A stretch of 64,000 nt of DNA from Octopus sinensis. Taxonomy: Eukaryota. Positions 12,396-24,655 of the stretch are shown piece after piece (position 1 is the first letter of the stretch; the number at the start of each line of letters is the position of its first letter). Location: assembly GCF_006345805.1 (NCBI RefSeq), contig NC_042998.1, positions 162,316,001 to 162,380,000 of the forward strand, in the 5' to 3' direction. The notes below the pieces were generated by a model that was given only the letters and a program-made list of their open reading frames with translations, had not been told where the DNA came from and did not search any database. A program made the translations under genes and the position numbers.

Positions 12396-12858
12396 GGGTT
12401 GAGATAATCAGCTATTCCCAGGGCTGGCACTAGGAAGTGTGGAGCCCAGTTAGAAAATCGTCAGTGAGGCTTTCTACTCTACAAATGCTGAAGATTGATG
12501 CTCTATGCTTCATTAAGTACACCATTCCCAGCCAAAAAGCATGGAGGGCTTGAGGATCCACCATTAGTCACAATAATATATTAAAAATTGATAGCTTATA
12601 TGAAAATTTTAATGTTTTATTAGTTGTCAAAATAATTAGTGAAATACTGTTTGTGAATAGGTCTTCTAAAAATCAGGCTTTTTTGAATTTTTTTATCTGA
12701 GAAGTCTTTCAAGATTATTTTGTCTCTCTTATGAAACTGTTGACTGTAGGTATGTTTAAATCAGTTTTAGTTTTGAAAAACTTCTTTCACCTGATGCAAC
12801 TGTTACTGGCATTGTTGAGTAAATCCTCAAAGCAAGAGAAACATCAGGAAATGTTTAA

Positions 12859-13080
12859 CCCTTTCGTTGCTGTATTTATTTTGAGAGGCACTGTTTTGTT
12901 TTCAATTAATTTTAAATATAACAAAGAAGTCAGTAAAATAACTTAGTTATCATTATGCTAGTGTTGGAAACATAAATTGTGACTAAGGTTTGGTGGAAGA
13001 TTTTAATTCAAAACTTATGAAAACAAGACATTTGTGCTACAGAGCCAGAGGCAGTTTCAGCTGGGTTGGTATCGAAAGGG
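12859..13080. mobile_element. piggyBac-like MITE, family 1
   Basis: TTAA|CCCTTTCG ... CGAAAGGG|TCAA; related copy at 36612-36830. Confidence 0.7.
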
Positions 13081-13446
13081 TCAATTCATCATAGCATCTT
13101 CTGCTTCAGTGTGTACATGGGGCCCTCTCTTAGTGGGGGGAGGGGGGCCAATTTGAACAAATCTGTCTAATTGGCTTAGAACTGGCCTTGACTAACCCCT
13201 TTCCCGAAAGCTGCTGGTCTTGTGCCAATAATAGAAAGAATTATTTCTAATGTTTGAATTGTAAATTCAGATAACTGTTGATATCATTTGTTTAAAACCA
13301 GGGCAGCCTGAGAGGGCAGACCTATGATTAAATGAATTCCAACTAGGACCATCCTTCCTATCTTCTTTTTTCTGACATTGTGTATTTATGGTATCACTAT
13401 CCAAAGCTTTCTTGGATTTGGCTGATATTCTTTAGTAAATGAATTA

Positions 13447-13655
13447 GGCACAGGTGTGACTGTGTGGTAAGAAGCTTGTTTCTCAACCACATGGTTCTGG
13501 TACCACATGGTTCTGGTAGTAGGAAACCAGTACAGACATGTTTCTGGGTTCAGTTTCACTGTGTGACACCTTGGACAAGTGTCTTCTACAATCATCTCAG
13601 GTCAACCAAAGCCTTGTGAGTGGATTTGATAGATGGAAACGGTATGAAGCCCATC
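13447..13655 (+). mobile_element. SINE family A 5' half with internal head duplication
   Basis: accacatggttctggt is tandemly repeated, with a third catgtttctgg before the B box. Confidence 0.8.
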
Positions 13656-13664
13656 ATATTTATA

Positions 13665-14067
13665 TTCTTTTATTCTTTTATTTGTTTCAGTCATTTGATT
13701 GCATCCATGCTGGAGCACCACCTTTAGTTGAACAAATCGACTCCACAACTTATTCTTTGTAAGCCTAGTACTTATTCTATCAGTCTCTTTGCTGAACTGC
13801 TATGTTACAGGGATGTAAACACACCAGCATCGGTTGTCAAGCAATGATGGGGGGACAAACACAGACACGCAAACATTCACACACATAAATGAATATATAT
13901 ACACACGAAGGGCTTCTTTCAGTTTCCATCTCCCAAATCCACTCACAAGGCTTTGGTTGGCCTGAGGCTGTAATAGAAGACATTGCCCAAGGTGCCATGC
14001 AGTGGGACTGAACCTGGAACCATGTGGTTGGTAAGCAAGCTACTTACCACACAGCCATGCCTGCGCC
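13665..14067 (-). mobile_element. Full-length SINE family A
   Basis: Complete head, body and tail. Confidence 0.9.
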
Positions 14068-14076
14068 TAAAATTAT

Positions 14077-14127
14077 GAACAACCTTAATCAATTTTCAAA
14101 CCTTATTGGGTTCTCATCAGAGGTGTC
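14077..14127 (-). ncRNA. Type I hammerhead ribozyme, canonical core
   Basis: GACACCU-CUGAUGA-GAACC-CAAUAA-GGUUU-GAAA-AUUGAUU-A-AGGUUGUUC: intact CUGAUGA and GAAA, stem I ACACCU/AGGU(U)GU, near-palindromic stem III, UUA cleavage triplet. Confidence 0.7.
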
Positions 14128-14169
14128 CTCACCATTCTGACACTCTCTCTCTATATATTTTCTTCTATT

Positions 14170-14427
14170 CCTTTTCTTGTTTTAGTCATTTGAATGTGGC
14201 CATGCTGGAACACCTCTTTAAAAGATTTTTAGTCATAGAAATCGACCCCAGGACTTATTCTTTGCAAACTTAGTACTATTCTATCAGTCTCTTTTGCTAG
14301 ACTTCTAAGTTACAGGGACATAAAAACACCAACATTGGTTGTCAAGTGATAGTGGGGGTAACAGACACCCCCATACAAATACACACACACACACACAAAC
14401 ACACATACACACACATACAAATATATA

Positions 14428-14460
<33 letters not shown>

Positions 14461-14466
14461 GTGTGT

Positions 14467-14509
<43 letters not shown>

Positions 14510-14633
14510 CAATGGGCTTCTTTTCAGTTTCCATCAGCCAAATCCACTCACAAGGCTTTGGTTGATCTGATGCTATAGTAGACGACACTTGCCCAAGGTG
14601 CCACACAGTGGGACTGAACCTGGAACCATGTTT
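14170..14633 (-). mobile_element. SINE family A (head slightly truncated)
   Basis: Body, internal (CA)(TA)(TG) microsatellite and tail match family A. Confidence 0.85.
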
Positions 14634-14925
14634 GTGCTGGTCCTCCACTACCACTTCACAACCAGTGTTGGTTTGTTTACATCCCTGTAACTTAGCAGTA
14701 AGGTAAAAAGAGTCCAATAGTATAAGTACCAGGCTTAAGCAAAAACTAATGAGATTAGTACTGGAATCACTCTATTCATTCACTAAACCTCCTTCAAGGG
14801 GGTGCCCCAGCATGGCCTCAGTCTAATGACTGAAACAAGTAAAAAGAGTAAAAGAAACAATAAACAAATTAGAGTTCACCCATTGGTAACTGTTGAATGT
14901 ATGTGCATGTGTGTGTGTGTATGCA

Positions 14926-14956
<31 letters not shown>

Positions 14957-14966
14957 GTGTGTGTGT

Positions 14967-15007
<41 letters not shown>

Positions 15008-15423
15008 CAATGGGCTTCTTTTCAGTTTCCATCAGCCAAATCCACTCACAAGGCTTTGGTTGATCTGATGCTATAGTAGACGACACTTGCCCAAGGTGCC
15101 ACACAGTGGGACTGAACCTGGAACCATGTTTGTGCTGGTCCTCCACTACCACTTCACAACCAGTGTTGGTTTGTTTACATCCCTGTAACTTAGCAGTAAG
15201 GTAAAAAGAGTCCAATAGTATAAGTACCAGGCTTAAGCAAAAACTAATGAGATTAAGTACTGGAATCACTCTATTCATTCAACTAAACCTCCTTCAAGGG
15301 GGTGCCCCAGCATGGCCTCAGTCTAATGACTGAAACAAGTAAAAAGAGTAAAAGAAACAATAAACAAATTAGAGTTCACCCATTGGTAACTGTTGAATGT
15401 ATGTGCATGTGTGTGTGTGTATG

Positions 15424-15485
<62 letters not shown>
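14505..15485. repeat. ~498-bp near-identical tandem duplication
   Basis: aatgggcttc at 14511 and 15009; the unique parts differ by single-base indels. Confidence 0.9.
14641..14855 (+). mobile_element. SINE family A 3' half
   Basis: ccccagcatggcctcagtctaatgactgaaacaagtaaaaagagtaaaag. Confidence 0.8.
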
Positions 15486-15487
<2 letters not shown>

Positions 15488-16484
15488 TGAGTGCTTCTTG
15501 AACTAATTTCTCTTGGCCTATTCTCTCCTATTCTTGATATTTATACACATCACACATCCTCATAACAAAGTCTTCCCTTCCTCTTCTACTTTCTGTTTCA
15601 CATTCACACATTTCTCACTTTCTCTCTCTCTCTCACTATATTCCTATGCATCTGTCTGTCTGTTTGTCTGACTGTCCATCCGGCTGACTGTCACTCCGGC
15701 TGTCCGGCTATCTGTCTGTCTCTCTATTTATCTATCTATCTACTTATCAAGTTGACATTTTGTTTTTGTCAATGTCCCTTTATCTCATCCTCCCCTCTCT
15801 CTCTCCTTTTCTCTCAATTTCTCACACTCCTTACCTTCTCTCACTCTTACAATTTTCAATTTATCTGTCAATCTAAAAAAAAAACCCTGCTCTCTCTCTC
15901 CCTCTCACCTCCCTCTCTTTCCATTTATCTTTCTGTCACTGTTTCTTTCTGTCTCTTGTCTTCCTCTGTCTCCAATCCACACATTTTCTTTTCCCACTTC
16001 CTCTCCTGTCCCACTCATCTTCTGGTCAATAAAGAAAAAACATTGATTTCAGATTGGTCACACTTCTGACAAATTCTGATGGTGAAGAAAATAATGGTGG
16101 AAGGTGGTGATGGTGGTGGTGCTGCTGACAGTGGTGGCAGTTGTGATGACAATGGTGGTGGTGGTGGTGGTGATGGTGGTGATGGTGGTGCTGACAGTGG
16201 TGGTGCCAACAGTGGTGGCAGTTGTGATGACAATGGTGGTGGTGGTGGCGATGGGAGCTATGTTGTTCAGATGGCAATGGTCCTACTCATGACAATGGTG
16301 ATGTTAAGCATTACTGTTGTTGAATGACAATACCCTGATGGTTATGGGGGTAATAGTGCTGATGATGACAATGATGATGTTGTAGTTCCAGATCAACCCC
16401 TATCCAGCAGACCTATGACCAGAAATATTCCAACCGTGACCATCCTTTTTATTTTTCTTTGCAGCTATATTCTTTAATGTGTCC

Positions 16485-16672
16485 TGGCTGGGTGAAATGC
16501 TCAGCGGTATTTCATCCGTCGTTATGTTATGAGTTCAAATTCTGTTGAGGTCAACTTTGCCTTTCATCCTTTTGGGGTCGATGAATTAAGTACCAGTCAA
16601 GTACTGGGGTCGATCTAATCGACTGGCCCCTTCCCCAAAAAATTTCGGGCTTTGTGCCTAGAGTAGAAAAGA
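16485..16672 (+). mobile_element. SINE family B (5'-truncated)
   Basis: gagttcaaattctgttgaggtcaactttgcctttcatccttttggggtcgatgaattaagtaccag. Confidence 0.85.
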
Positions 16673-16819
16673 GGGATCTTTTCTATTCTGAAGCCAGGAC
16701 CACAGATCTTTCTACTTAACTAAATAATCTGAAACTTCGTATGCTGATAGAGTCTAGCAAAACAAGACACAGGTTGGAACTAGTTTATTTGAGAAAAATC
16801 TATTTTATGACTTTAATCG

Positions 16820-17180
16820 TAGATTAAAACTGCGAATTTTAACCAATCAGATTGTTTGTTTTCATGTGTAAAACTTGACTGCATTCTATTGTGTGACGTA
16901 GAAAGCGCTTTTGTGACGTACTAACGTTCGGAAAACTATAACAACACGGCAGACGAAATACGGCTACGCATTTCGCCCGGCGTGCTAACGTTTCTGCCAG
17001 CTCTTTGCTTTTTTAATATTAAATTTCGGCGAAGTTTCGCTTGTCGTAGCACAAGTTTTCCGTCGATTTCTGTAAAAAACTTTTATTTTTTTACATAAGT
17101 AATGAGAGCGAAAGAGACTAAGAGGAGGAGCGATTTTATGACGAGGGAAGTTTGTCTTTGAAGTTACCGTCTAGGGGAAG
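16820..17180 (+). promoter_or_regulatory. CpG-retaining Pol II promoter-like region; possible non-coding first exon ending at 17097
   Basis: Highest CpG density in a CpG-depleted window; AACCAATCAG (NF-Y) at 16841-16850; TGTGACGTA twice, 20 bp apart (TGACGTA at 16894 and 16914); weak donor-like AA|GTAATG at 17098. Direction is inferred. Confidence 0.55.
16946..17003 (-). mobile_element. Family B SINE head fragment with all CpGs intact
   Basis: Reverse complement gagctggcagaaacgttagcacgccgggcgaaatgcgtagccgtatttcgtctgccgt aligns to the CpG-decayed heads of the other B copies. Confidence 0.75.
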
Positions 17181-17574
17181 CATTGATGTACATGTGTGTG
17201 TGTTGTGTGTGTTTGATGGGGTTGGGAGACAGTATGTTGTGTAAGTGAAGTGCTTCTGTTATGTGTGTGAAGAGACAGAGAGAGTAATGTGTGAAAGAGA
17301 GAGATAACTGAAATTTTTACTCGGTGTATGTGTATATGTATGTCTGCATGTATGTGTGTGTGTGTGTATGTATCTATGTATGTATGGCCAATTCATCGTA
17401 TTACGATTACGATGAATCGGCTATACATACATACACACACACACATACATACACACACACACATACTTACACATACATCACACACCATACATGCAGACAT
17501 ACAGAATGGAAACATTTTCAATTAATACATGTGGCTTATTAACTAGTTTTAAATATTGTTATTAGAAGGTGGCT

Positions 17575-17670
17575 GACTTGTTTACATTTAGATGTTAAAT
17601 ACGTCACGAAATTGGTGGTCGAGACGGAGTAAATAAAATAAAGCCGAAGGACGGAATATCATTGGTAAAA
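17575..17670. promoter_or_regulatory. Second CRE/CCAAT/forkhead motif module
   Basis: TTGTTTAC at 17578, TACGTCAC (reverse of GTGACGTA) at 17600-17607, ATTGG at 17611 and 17661, several CpGs. Confidence 0.4.
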
Positions 17671-18953
17671 TTCTAATTATTAAACAACGTTAAACTTAGA
17701 AGTTCCAATTCCGTTTTCATTCTGGTTTACAATTAAGTTTACTTTTGACACATTCTACCAGTATACGAAGTTTCAAATTGTTTGGTTCAGTAGGAAAAAT
17801 TTGAAAAAACTGGCCTCAAAATAGAAAAGATCCGAAAAGAGTACAAGATATGAGTTGAAAGAATTTTACTGATATTTCTAGTAAACCAAGTGACTGTATA
17901 TATAAGTGTCTTTCCTGAGTGTAAGTAGTGTTGATGGTGACAGTGGTGATAGAGGGGAGGGTTGCAACACTTGCTGGTTGTTGTTGTTGTTTAATCATAG
18001 GACAACCCTGTTCAAACTGAGCTATGATCAAAGACAATCTGGCTATGACAAACCTGATTTTCTTATGAGTCAAGAAATGACAACCAAATTTCGTAACAAG
18101 TCCTTTCCTTTAAGATGGTCAAGTGTGAACTGAAGGAGATTTGACTGCTATTTCTAGCAGGATCAGTGATCCTGTAGTTACGCTTCATTGGCTCAAGCTC
18201 TGAAAAGTTGGTTAGTTGAGTTGGTCCGTTGGCTGGTTGTTGATGCTGGTTGCCAAAGTTTGCAGACTTCACTTTCCCTCTCATGCTCTCATTCACACCT
18301 CAGCCCAAACCCCAGATCCCTGGCCCCTGTTAACCCTTCAACTGCATCTTTCTATATACCCAACCATTCTATATACTCATTGAACCTGCTCTCTTAGTTA
18401 TTTTTGTTGTCTTGTTTTTATTTTGCTATATTGGTAATATTCGAATATCTGTAAATATGTATTGGAATGCCAGCCATACACATTCACATGCACATGCGTG
18501 CACACACACAAACACACACACACACACACACACACACCACACACACACACACATACACACACACAAACATACAAATACAGAATTGAATACACATATCATG
18601 CTCACATACAAATATATATATCTAAATGTATATGTGTGTATATATATGTATACATATATGTGTGTGTGTGTGTGTGTGTATGTGCATGTAATATTCACGG
18701 ATGTGTCGATTTTCTGGATCTTCTTTATAATTTCTGTATTAATGTGCATATATGCATATATATGAACTGTTATGTTTAAGTAATTTCATGTACTTATTTA
18801 TATATGTATGTGCTTGCCTGCTGTCTCTGTGCATTTTGTGCGTGCAGGAATTTGCAGAGTTTTGGTGCACAATAGATATATACATACACAGATATATATA
18901 TATATATATATATAATATATATATATTATAATATTTATATATAACATATATTG

Positions 18954-18985
<32 letters not shown>

Positions 18986-20530
18986 ATATATATATACATA
19001 TATATTATATATAACATATATATATATGTATACAATAAATATATATATATATATATATATTATATATACACACACATATATGTATGTATATATATATGTG
19101 TAGATAGATATATATATATGTAATATATATATATATACTGAGAGAGTGAGAGAGAAAGAGAGATGGAACGTTTTTGTGTGCATGTTTGTATGCAGTGTAT
19201 GCATGTTTGCGGTGCATGCATGTCTGTTAATTTGGGACAACAGTTGCTGAAAGAAAATTGTACAGCTCAAGAAAGAGGGAGACATAGAAAACTAAAAAGA
19301 AAAAAAAAAAAAGGAAAAAAAAAAGGAAAACAAAATCTGGTTGGGGCAAGTTGGTGGTGGATGGGTGTGGGCTGGGTTCCCCAAGTAGGAATGAGAAATA
19401 AAGATGAGAAAAGGTGTGTGTGGTGGTGGGTATGGGCGGTGGTGGGGGGTAAGGAGTGGGGTGGTAGGAAAGTGAAAGAAAGTGTGAAGCATGAAGGTTG
19501 GGGACATTGTGTAGAAGAGAGTGTAAGAGAAGAGGAGACAGTAGAAGGAGAAAGAGAAGGATAGAGAGAGAGAGAGAGAGAAATAGGGGATAGGACCCCT
19601 TTGCAAAAGATGATGGAGGTTGACACACTGTAAGATGACTCATTCTTTAATGTTATGGGTAGTGGGAATGACAAGGATGGTAGAGGAGGAGGAGGTGGCA
19701 AGAGATGGTGATTGTGGTGATGGTGGTGGTGGTGGTGGTGGTGGTGGTAAAGTTGATTTTGATAGTGGGTGAAGGTAGCTGATGGAGTAATGGTGTTGGT
19801 GGATGTGGTGGTAATGGTACTGGTGTTAGTAGCATTGGTGGTGGTTGTGGAGGTGGTGGTGGTGGTGGTGGCAGTGGTATAGCTAAATTTGATGGTAAGC
19901 TGAAGGTACATGGATGGGACATATATCTGATGGTGGTGGTGGTGGTGGAGATGGTTGTTGATGTGGTGGTGGTGGTTGTAGTGAGGGTATTTGGACCTGC
20001 CCATGGTAGTGGTGGCCATATTAGGTGATAGCTGAAGTGGTGTTACCGTTGTTGTTGTTGGTGCTGGTGGGTGTGGTAGTGTTGCTACTGATGGTGATGG
20101 TGGTGATGGTGGTTGTGTTGGAAATAGTGAAGTGTATGAATGTGGAGGAGGAAGAAAAGTGGACGGGGGTGGGTGGGGGAAACAATTGTGCTGGTGGTGG
20201 AAGGGGCTGGATGGTGGGATGGCTGTTTTGTAAGGAATAGAGAAGCAGAGCTGTAGAGGAAAATATATAGGTTAGAAGGCAGGAGGTGCGGTGATAGGAG
20301 GTGGAGTGAGAGTGGAATTTGGTAAGGTTTGGGTGATAGTGTTAGGGACCTGTCGTGAATGCTGGTGGTGTTAGAGAGTGGTAGAAAGGATGGTATCATG
20401 ATGACAGTTGAAAGACTGTTTACTGGTTTAGCTACAGGCACTAGTTATGACAGCGCTTGTTGATAATGGTAATCATGGTGGCGGTGGTATTCTTATAATA
20501 GTATCAGCTATGCTGGTGATTCTTTAATTG

Positions 20531-20950
20531 TTTTATCTTTTGTCTCAGTCATTAGACTGTGGCCATGCTGGGGCATCACCTTGAAGAATTTTTAGTTGAA
20601 TGAATCAACCCTAGGACTTTTTTTTCTTTAAGCCTAGTACTTATTCTGTTTGTCTCTTTTGCCAAACTGCTAAGTTACAAGGACATAAACACACCAACAC
20701 CGGTTTCAAGCAGTGGTAGTGGGGACAAACACTTACAAAAAACACATTCATATATATATATACACACACACACACATAAGCACATATATATGATGGGCTT
20801 CTTTTAGTTTCCATCTACCAAATCCATTGACAAGGCTTTGATTAGTCCAAGGCTATAGTAGAAGACATTTGCCCAAGGTGCCATGCAGTGGGATTGAACC
20901 CAGCACTATGTGGTTTATAAGCAAATGTCATAACACAGAGCCACGCCTAT
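20531..20950 (-). mobile_element. Full-length SINE family A
   Basis: Complete head, body and tail. Confidence 0.85.
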
Positions 20951-22839
20951 GAAAGTGATATTATTTACCCACCCCTGATCAATCTTAGCTGAGCAGGCCT
21001 GTGACCAAAGGCTCAAAAGTATTCCATCCATGACACTTTAGTCTTTTATTTTCCCTATTTGTTTTTTGAGATATAGTATACCATGGATTACATTATCTTT
21101 TTTGTTTTGCTCTGTAGTAAGGTGCAATTTCAGAGATATTTGACTGCTGCTTGTAGACAGTCAAGCAATGATATAAGGCTCTCTCTTTGGCTAGTTGGCT
21201 GTGATGTAGATGCTGATAATGATGAAATGAAGCTGTTGCTGTTGTTTAACCCTTAGTCAACCCTGATTGAGTAAATCTAAGCTCAAGGGGCATTTCAGCA
21301 ATGATCATCTTGTCTTTACAAACATTTAATATCATATATCCAATGTGTTCTTCCTTTCTGAAGATGACAGAGTGTGATTTATGTGAGATTTAGCTGTTAT
21401 TTCTAGGAAGTTGATTGAGTACATAAAGACTTGTCTCAGGGGCTCAGCTCTTAGAATTGTAATGGTAGTGGTGGTGACAGTGGTGGTGGTGGCAGTGGTT
21501 GTCCTCACCATGGGGTGATTGGTGGTGTCAGTGGTGGTAGAAATTGCGGTGGTAATGGGGAAAGGAGCTATGATGAAAGGGGTAATGGTAGGAGATGGAA
21601 CTGTAATGGTGGGTGATTTGAAAACGAGAGAGAGAGAGAAAGAAGGGAGAGATGGAAAATGGAAAGGTTAAGGGTGTAGGGTGAAGAACTAGCAACATGG
21701 GGGGGTGAGGCAGGTGGGGGGATGAGGGTTAGTAATGGGTTCCAGGGAGGTGACATCAGAGGAGAGTGCACAGGGAATCTGTTTGTAAGAAGCGGAGAGT
21801 CATTGTCACTGCTGTTGTCAATGAAAGTGTTGTGTGTGTGTGTGTGTATGTGTGTGTGTGTATTGTGAAGAACAGAGAGAGTGATGGAGTTGGGGGTGCA
21901 GGAGAAAGACAGATAAATATAGACTGACAACAACAACAACTAAAAAAAAAAGAAAAGACAAATTGAGAGTTGAGAAGAAACCAAGGAAGCTAATGAAGGA
22001 GAAGAATAAGAAAAAGAAGAATGATAATGAAAGAGAAGGAAAAATGGTAATGAAGAGAGTTATGAAGGAGATGATGATGAAGAAGAGGAGGGAAGGTGGG
22101 GGTGGGGGGAAGATGAAGGATTAGAGTGGAGAAGAGGTGAGGTAAAGAATGTGGAGCTGGAGAGGGAGAAGCTAACGATGAAGACAACAAGTTGAAAAAA
22201 AAAGATAAGGAAAAAAGAAAATGAGAGGAAAGAGAAGGAAAAAAAGGGAGATAGATGAGGATGAAGATGAAGGGACTCAAGGATTTCGTGAATGAAAAAC
22301 AAAAAAATTATGATAATGATAGTGGTGGTGATGGTGATGATGATGATGAGAATGACAACGATGATGATGGTGACAATGGTGATGATGACGATGATGATAA
22401 TGATGACAATTGTGATGATGATGATGATAATGATAGTGGTAATGATGATGACAATAGTGGTGGAGAGGGTTATGATGATGATGATGACGATGATGACGAC
22501 GATGATGATGATGATGATGATGATGTGGTGGTGGTCGTGATGATGTTGGTGGTGATGATGAATGACAATGACAATTTTGATTGCAATATCGCTGGTGGTG
22601 GTGGTGGTGGTGGTGATGGTTGCGGTAGTGATGATGGTCGTGGCTGGCAATGAAGATGACAATGCTGCTGGAAACAAAAAAATAAAAAAATAAAAAAATA
22701 AAACCAAAACAAAGAAAGACAACAAACAAACAAACAAACAAAAAAACACAGTGATAAGGGAGTAAGGAAAGAAAGATAAGAGACCGAACATGGAAAGGAA
22801 TCAATAAATGAACTCTTCTTAATCCTGGAGCTACTTTGT

Positions 22840-23313
22840 TGATCTTATATCTCACTACTCTCCCCCTCTACCCCTTCTCCTTCTCTCTCTGTCTCTGTGT
22901 CGCTCTCTCTCTCCCGTCTCTCCCCCCCTCTCTCTCTCTCTTCACACGCATATTCTATATCTATATCTTTCTCACACACTTTATCACTGTGTTACAATCT
23001 GTCTCCCACTTTCCCTATACACACGCACACACTCTCTCTCTTTCTTCCCCTCTCTCAGTCTTTCTTTCTCTTTCTCTCTCTCTCTCTTTCTCTCCGTCTC
23101 TCCCTTTCGTACACACTCGCTCCCATTTATTGCACTCTCCTTATCTTTCTTACACTTTCTCTATTTATCTTCCTCTCTCACTCTCTGTCTGTTTCTTTCA
23201 CTCATAGTATCAATCACATTCGCCTTTGCTCTCTCTCTCTCTCTCTCTCTCTCTCTACCACCCACATACATACCTACACTGTCACACACTCTTTCTCTCA
23301 CATACCCTCTCCT

Positions 23314-23345
<32 letters not shown>

Positions 23346-23652
23346 CTGACACTATTTCTCATACAATCAGTTACAGACATTCTTTCTCTGTCTGTCTGTC
23401 TCTCTCTTCCTTCCTTTCTCTTTTCCCCTTCTCCCTCCCCATATCCCTCATATTCTAAGATATACATTCCCTGTTACCCCCTTTCTCTGTCTAACACTCT
23501 CCCCGTTTTCCTCTTTCTTTCTCTTTCTCTCTCCCCATTTTCTCTCTTTCTCTCTCTCTGCCACACACGCTCACACTCTCTCTTTGTCTACCTCTCCTTT
23601 CCCCATCTCTCTACCTCTTTATCTCTTTGTTTTCTCTTTTTATTCATCTCTC

Positions 23653-23727
<75 letters not shown>

Positions 23728-23972
23728 GTCTCTGTCTCTCTCTCTCTACCTCATACACACTCCCACCCCACCCAATATACACACACACTCTCTGTCTCTC
23801 TCTTTGTCTTCATTTCCCTTTCCCCATCCATCTCTCTCTTTCTCTCTCTATTTCTGCCTCATACACACTCCCACCCACCCCCACATAACCATGCACACAG
23901 TCACACACATTTCTTTTGTCACAAATAAACACAAACACAAAAACAATCACAAACAGTCTCTATGTCACAATT

Positions 23973-24015
<43 letters not shown>

Positions 24016-24345
24016 AACACTCTCCTTCACTTCCTCTCCTTCTCTCCTTTTGTCAAACTCTCTCTCTTACTCACCCCACTTCTCTCAACACCCTGTCTCC
24101 ACCAAACACACAGCCTTTCACCATTCTCCCTCTCTTATCCCCTCTCCTATTTGTGTCATACTCCTTACTCTCCACTTCACCTTCTCTTCTTCTCCTCTTA
24201 CTTTGTCAATCTCTCTCTCTGTTACTCACCCATCTTTTCTCAACTCTCTGTCCCCACCAAACACACAGCCTTTCATCATTCTCCTGCTCCTTCTCACTCT
24301 CCTATTTGTGTCATACTCCTTACTCTCCTCTTCTCCCTCTCTTCT
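22840..24345. repeat. 1.5-kb pyrimidine-rich (CT/CTAT) tract ending in a ~155-bp tandem duplication
   Basis: accaaacacacagcctttca at 24101 and 24256. Confidence 0.85.
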
Positions 24346-24445
24346 CTCTATTTATATCCATGTGACTTCATTGAAAACTTGTTCAGTTTTGCTTTTCAAT
24401 GGCCTGAGAAGGTTTCGGATTTTTCTTTATCATATATATACATAC

Positions 24446-24655
24446 ATATGCTTTTTTATTTCTTCTTCATCATCTTTCTTTGGTCGGGCAGCATCTCCAA
24501 GACATCTCCTTGTTGTTGGCAGCAAGGCATGAATAGGAGTGGAGTTTGGTGAATGGCAGGCTGGTGGTGGTGGTGGTGGTGGTGGTAGTGGTTGTGGAGG
24601 TGGTGGTCGTCGCTGTCGCCGTGGTGTAGGGGGTAGAGGGGACAGGGAGGGAAAT
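24446..24655 (-). CDS. Candidate proline-rich internal exon (unverified)
   Basis: AG|A...AT|GTATGT, 210 nt, open frame FPSLSPLPPTPRRQRRPPPP...ACHSPNSTPIHALLPTTRRCLGDAARPKKDDEEEIKKH; no recognisable homology. Confidence 0.15.
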
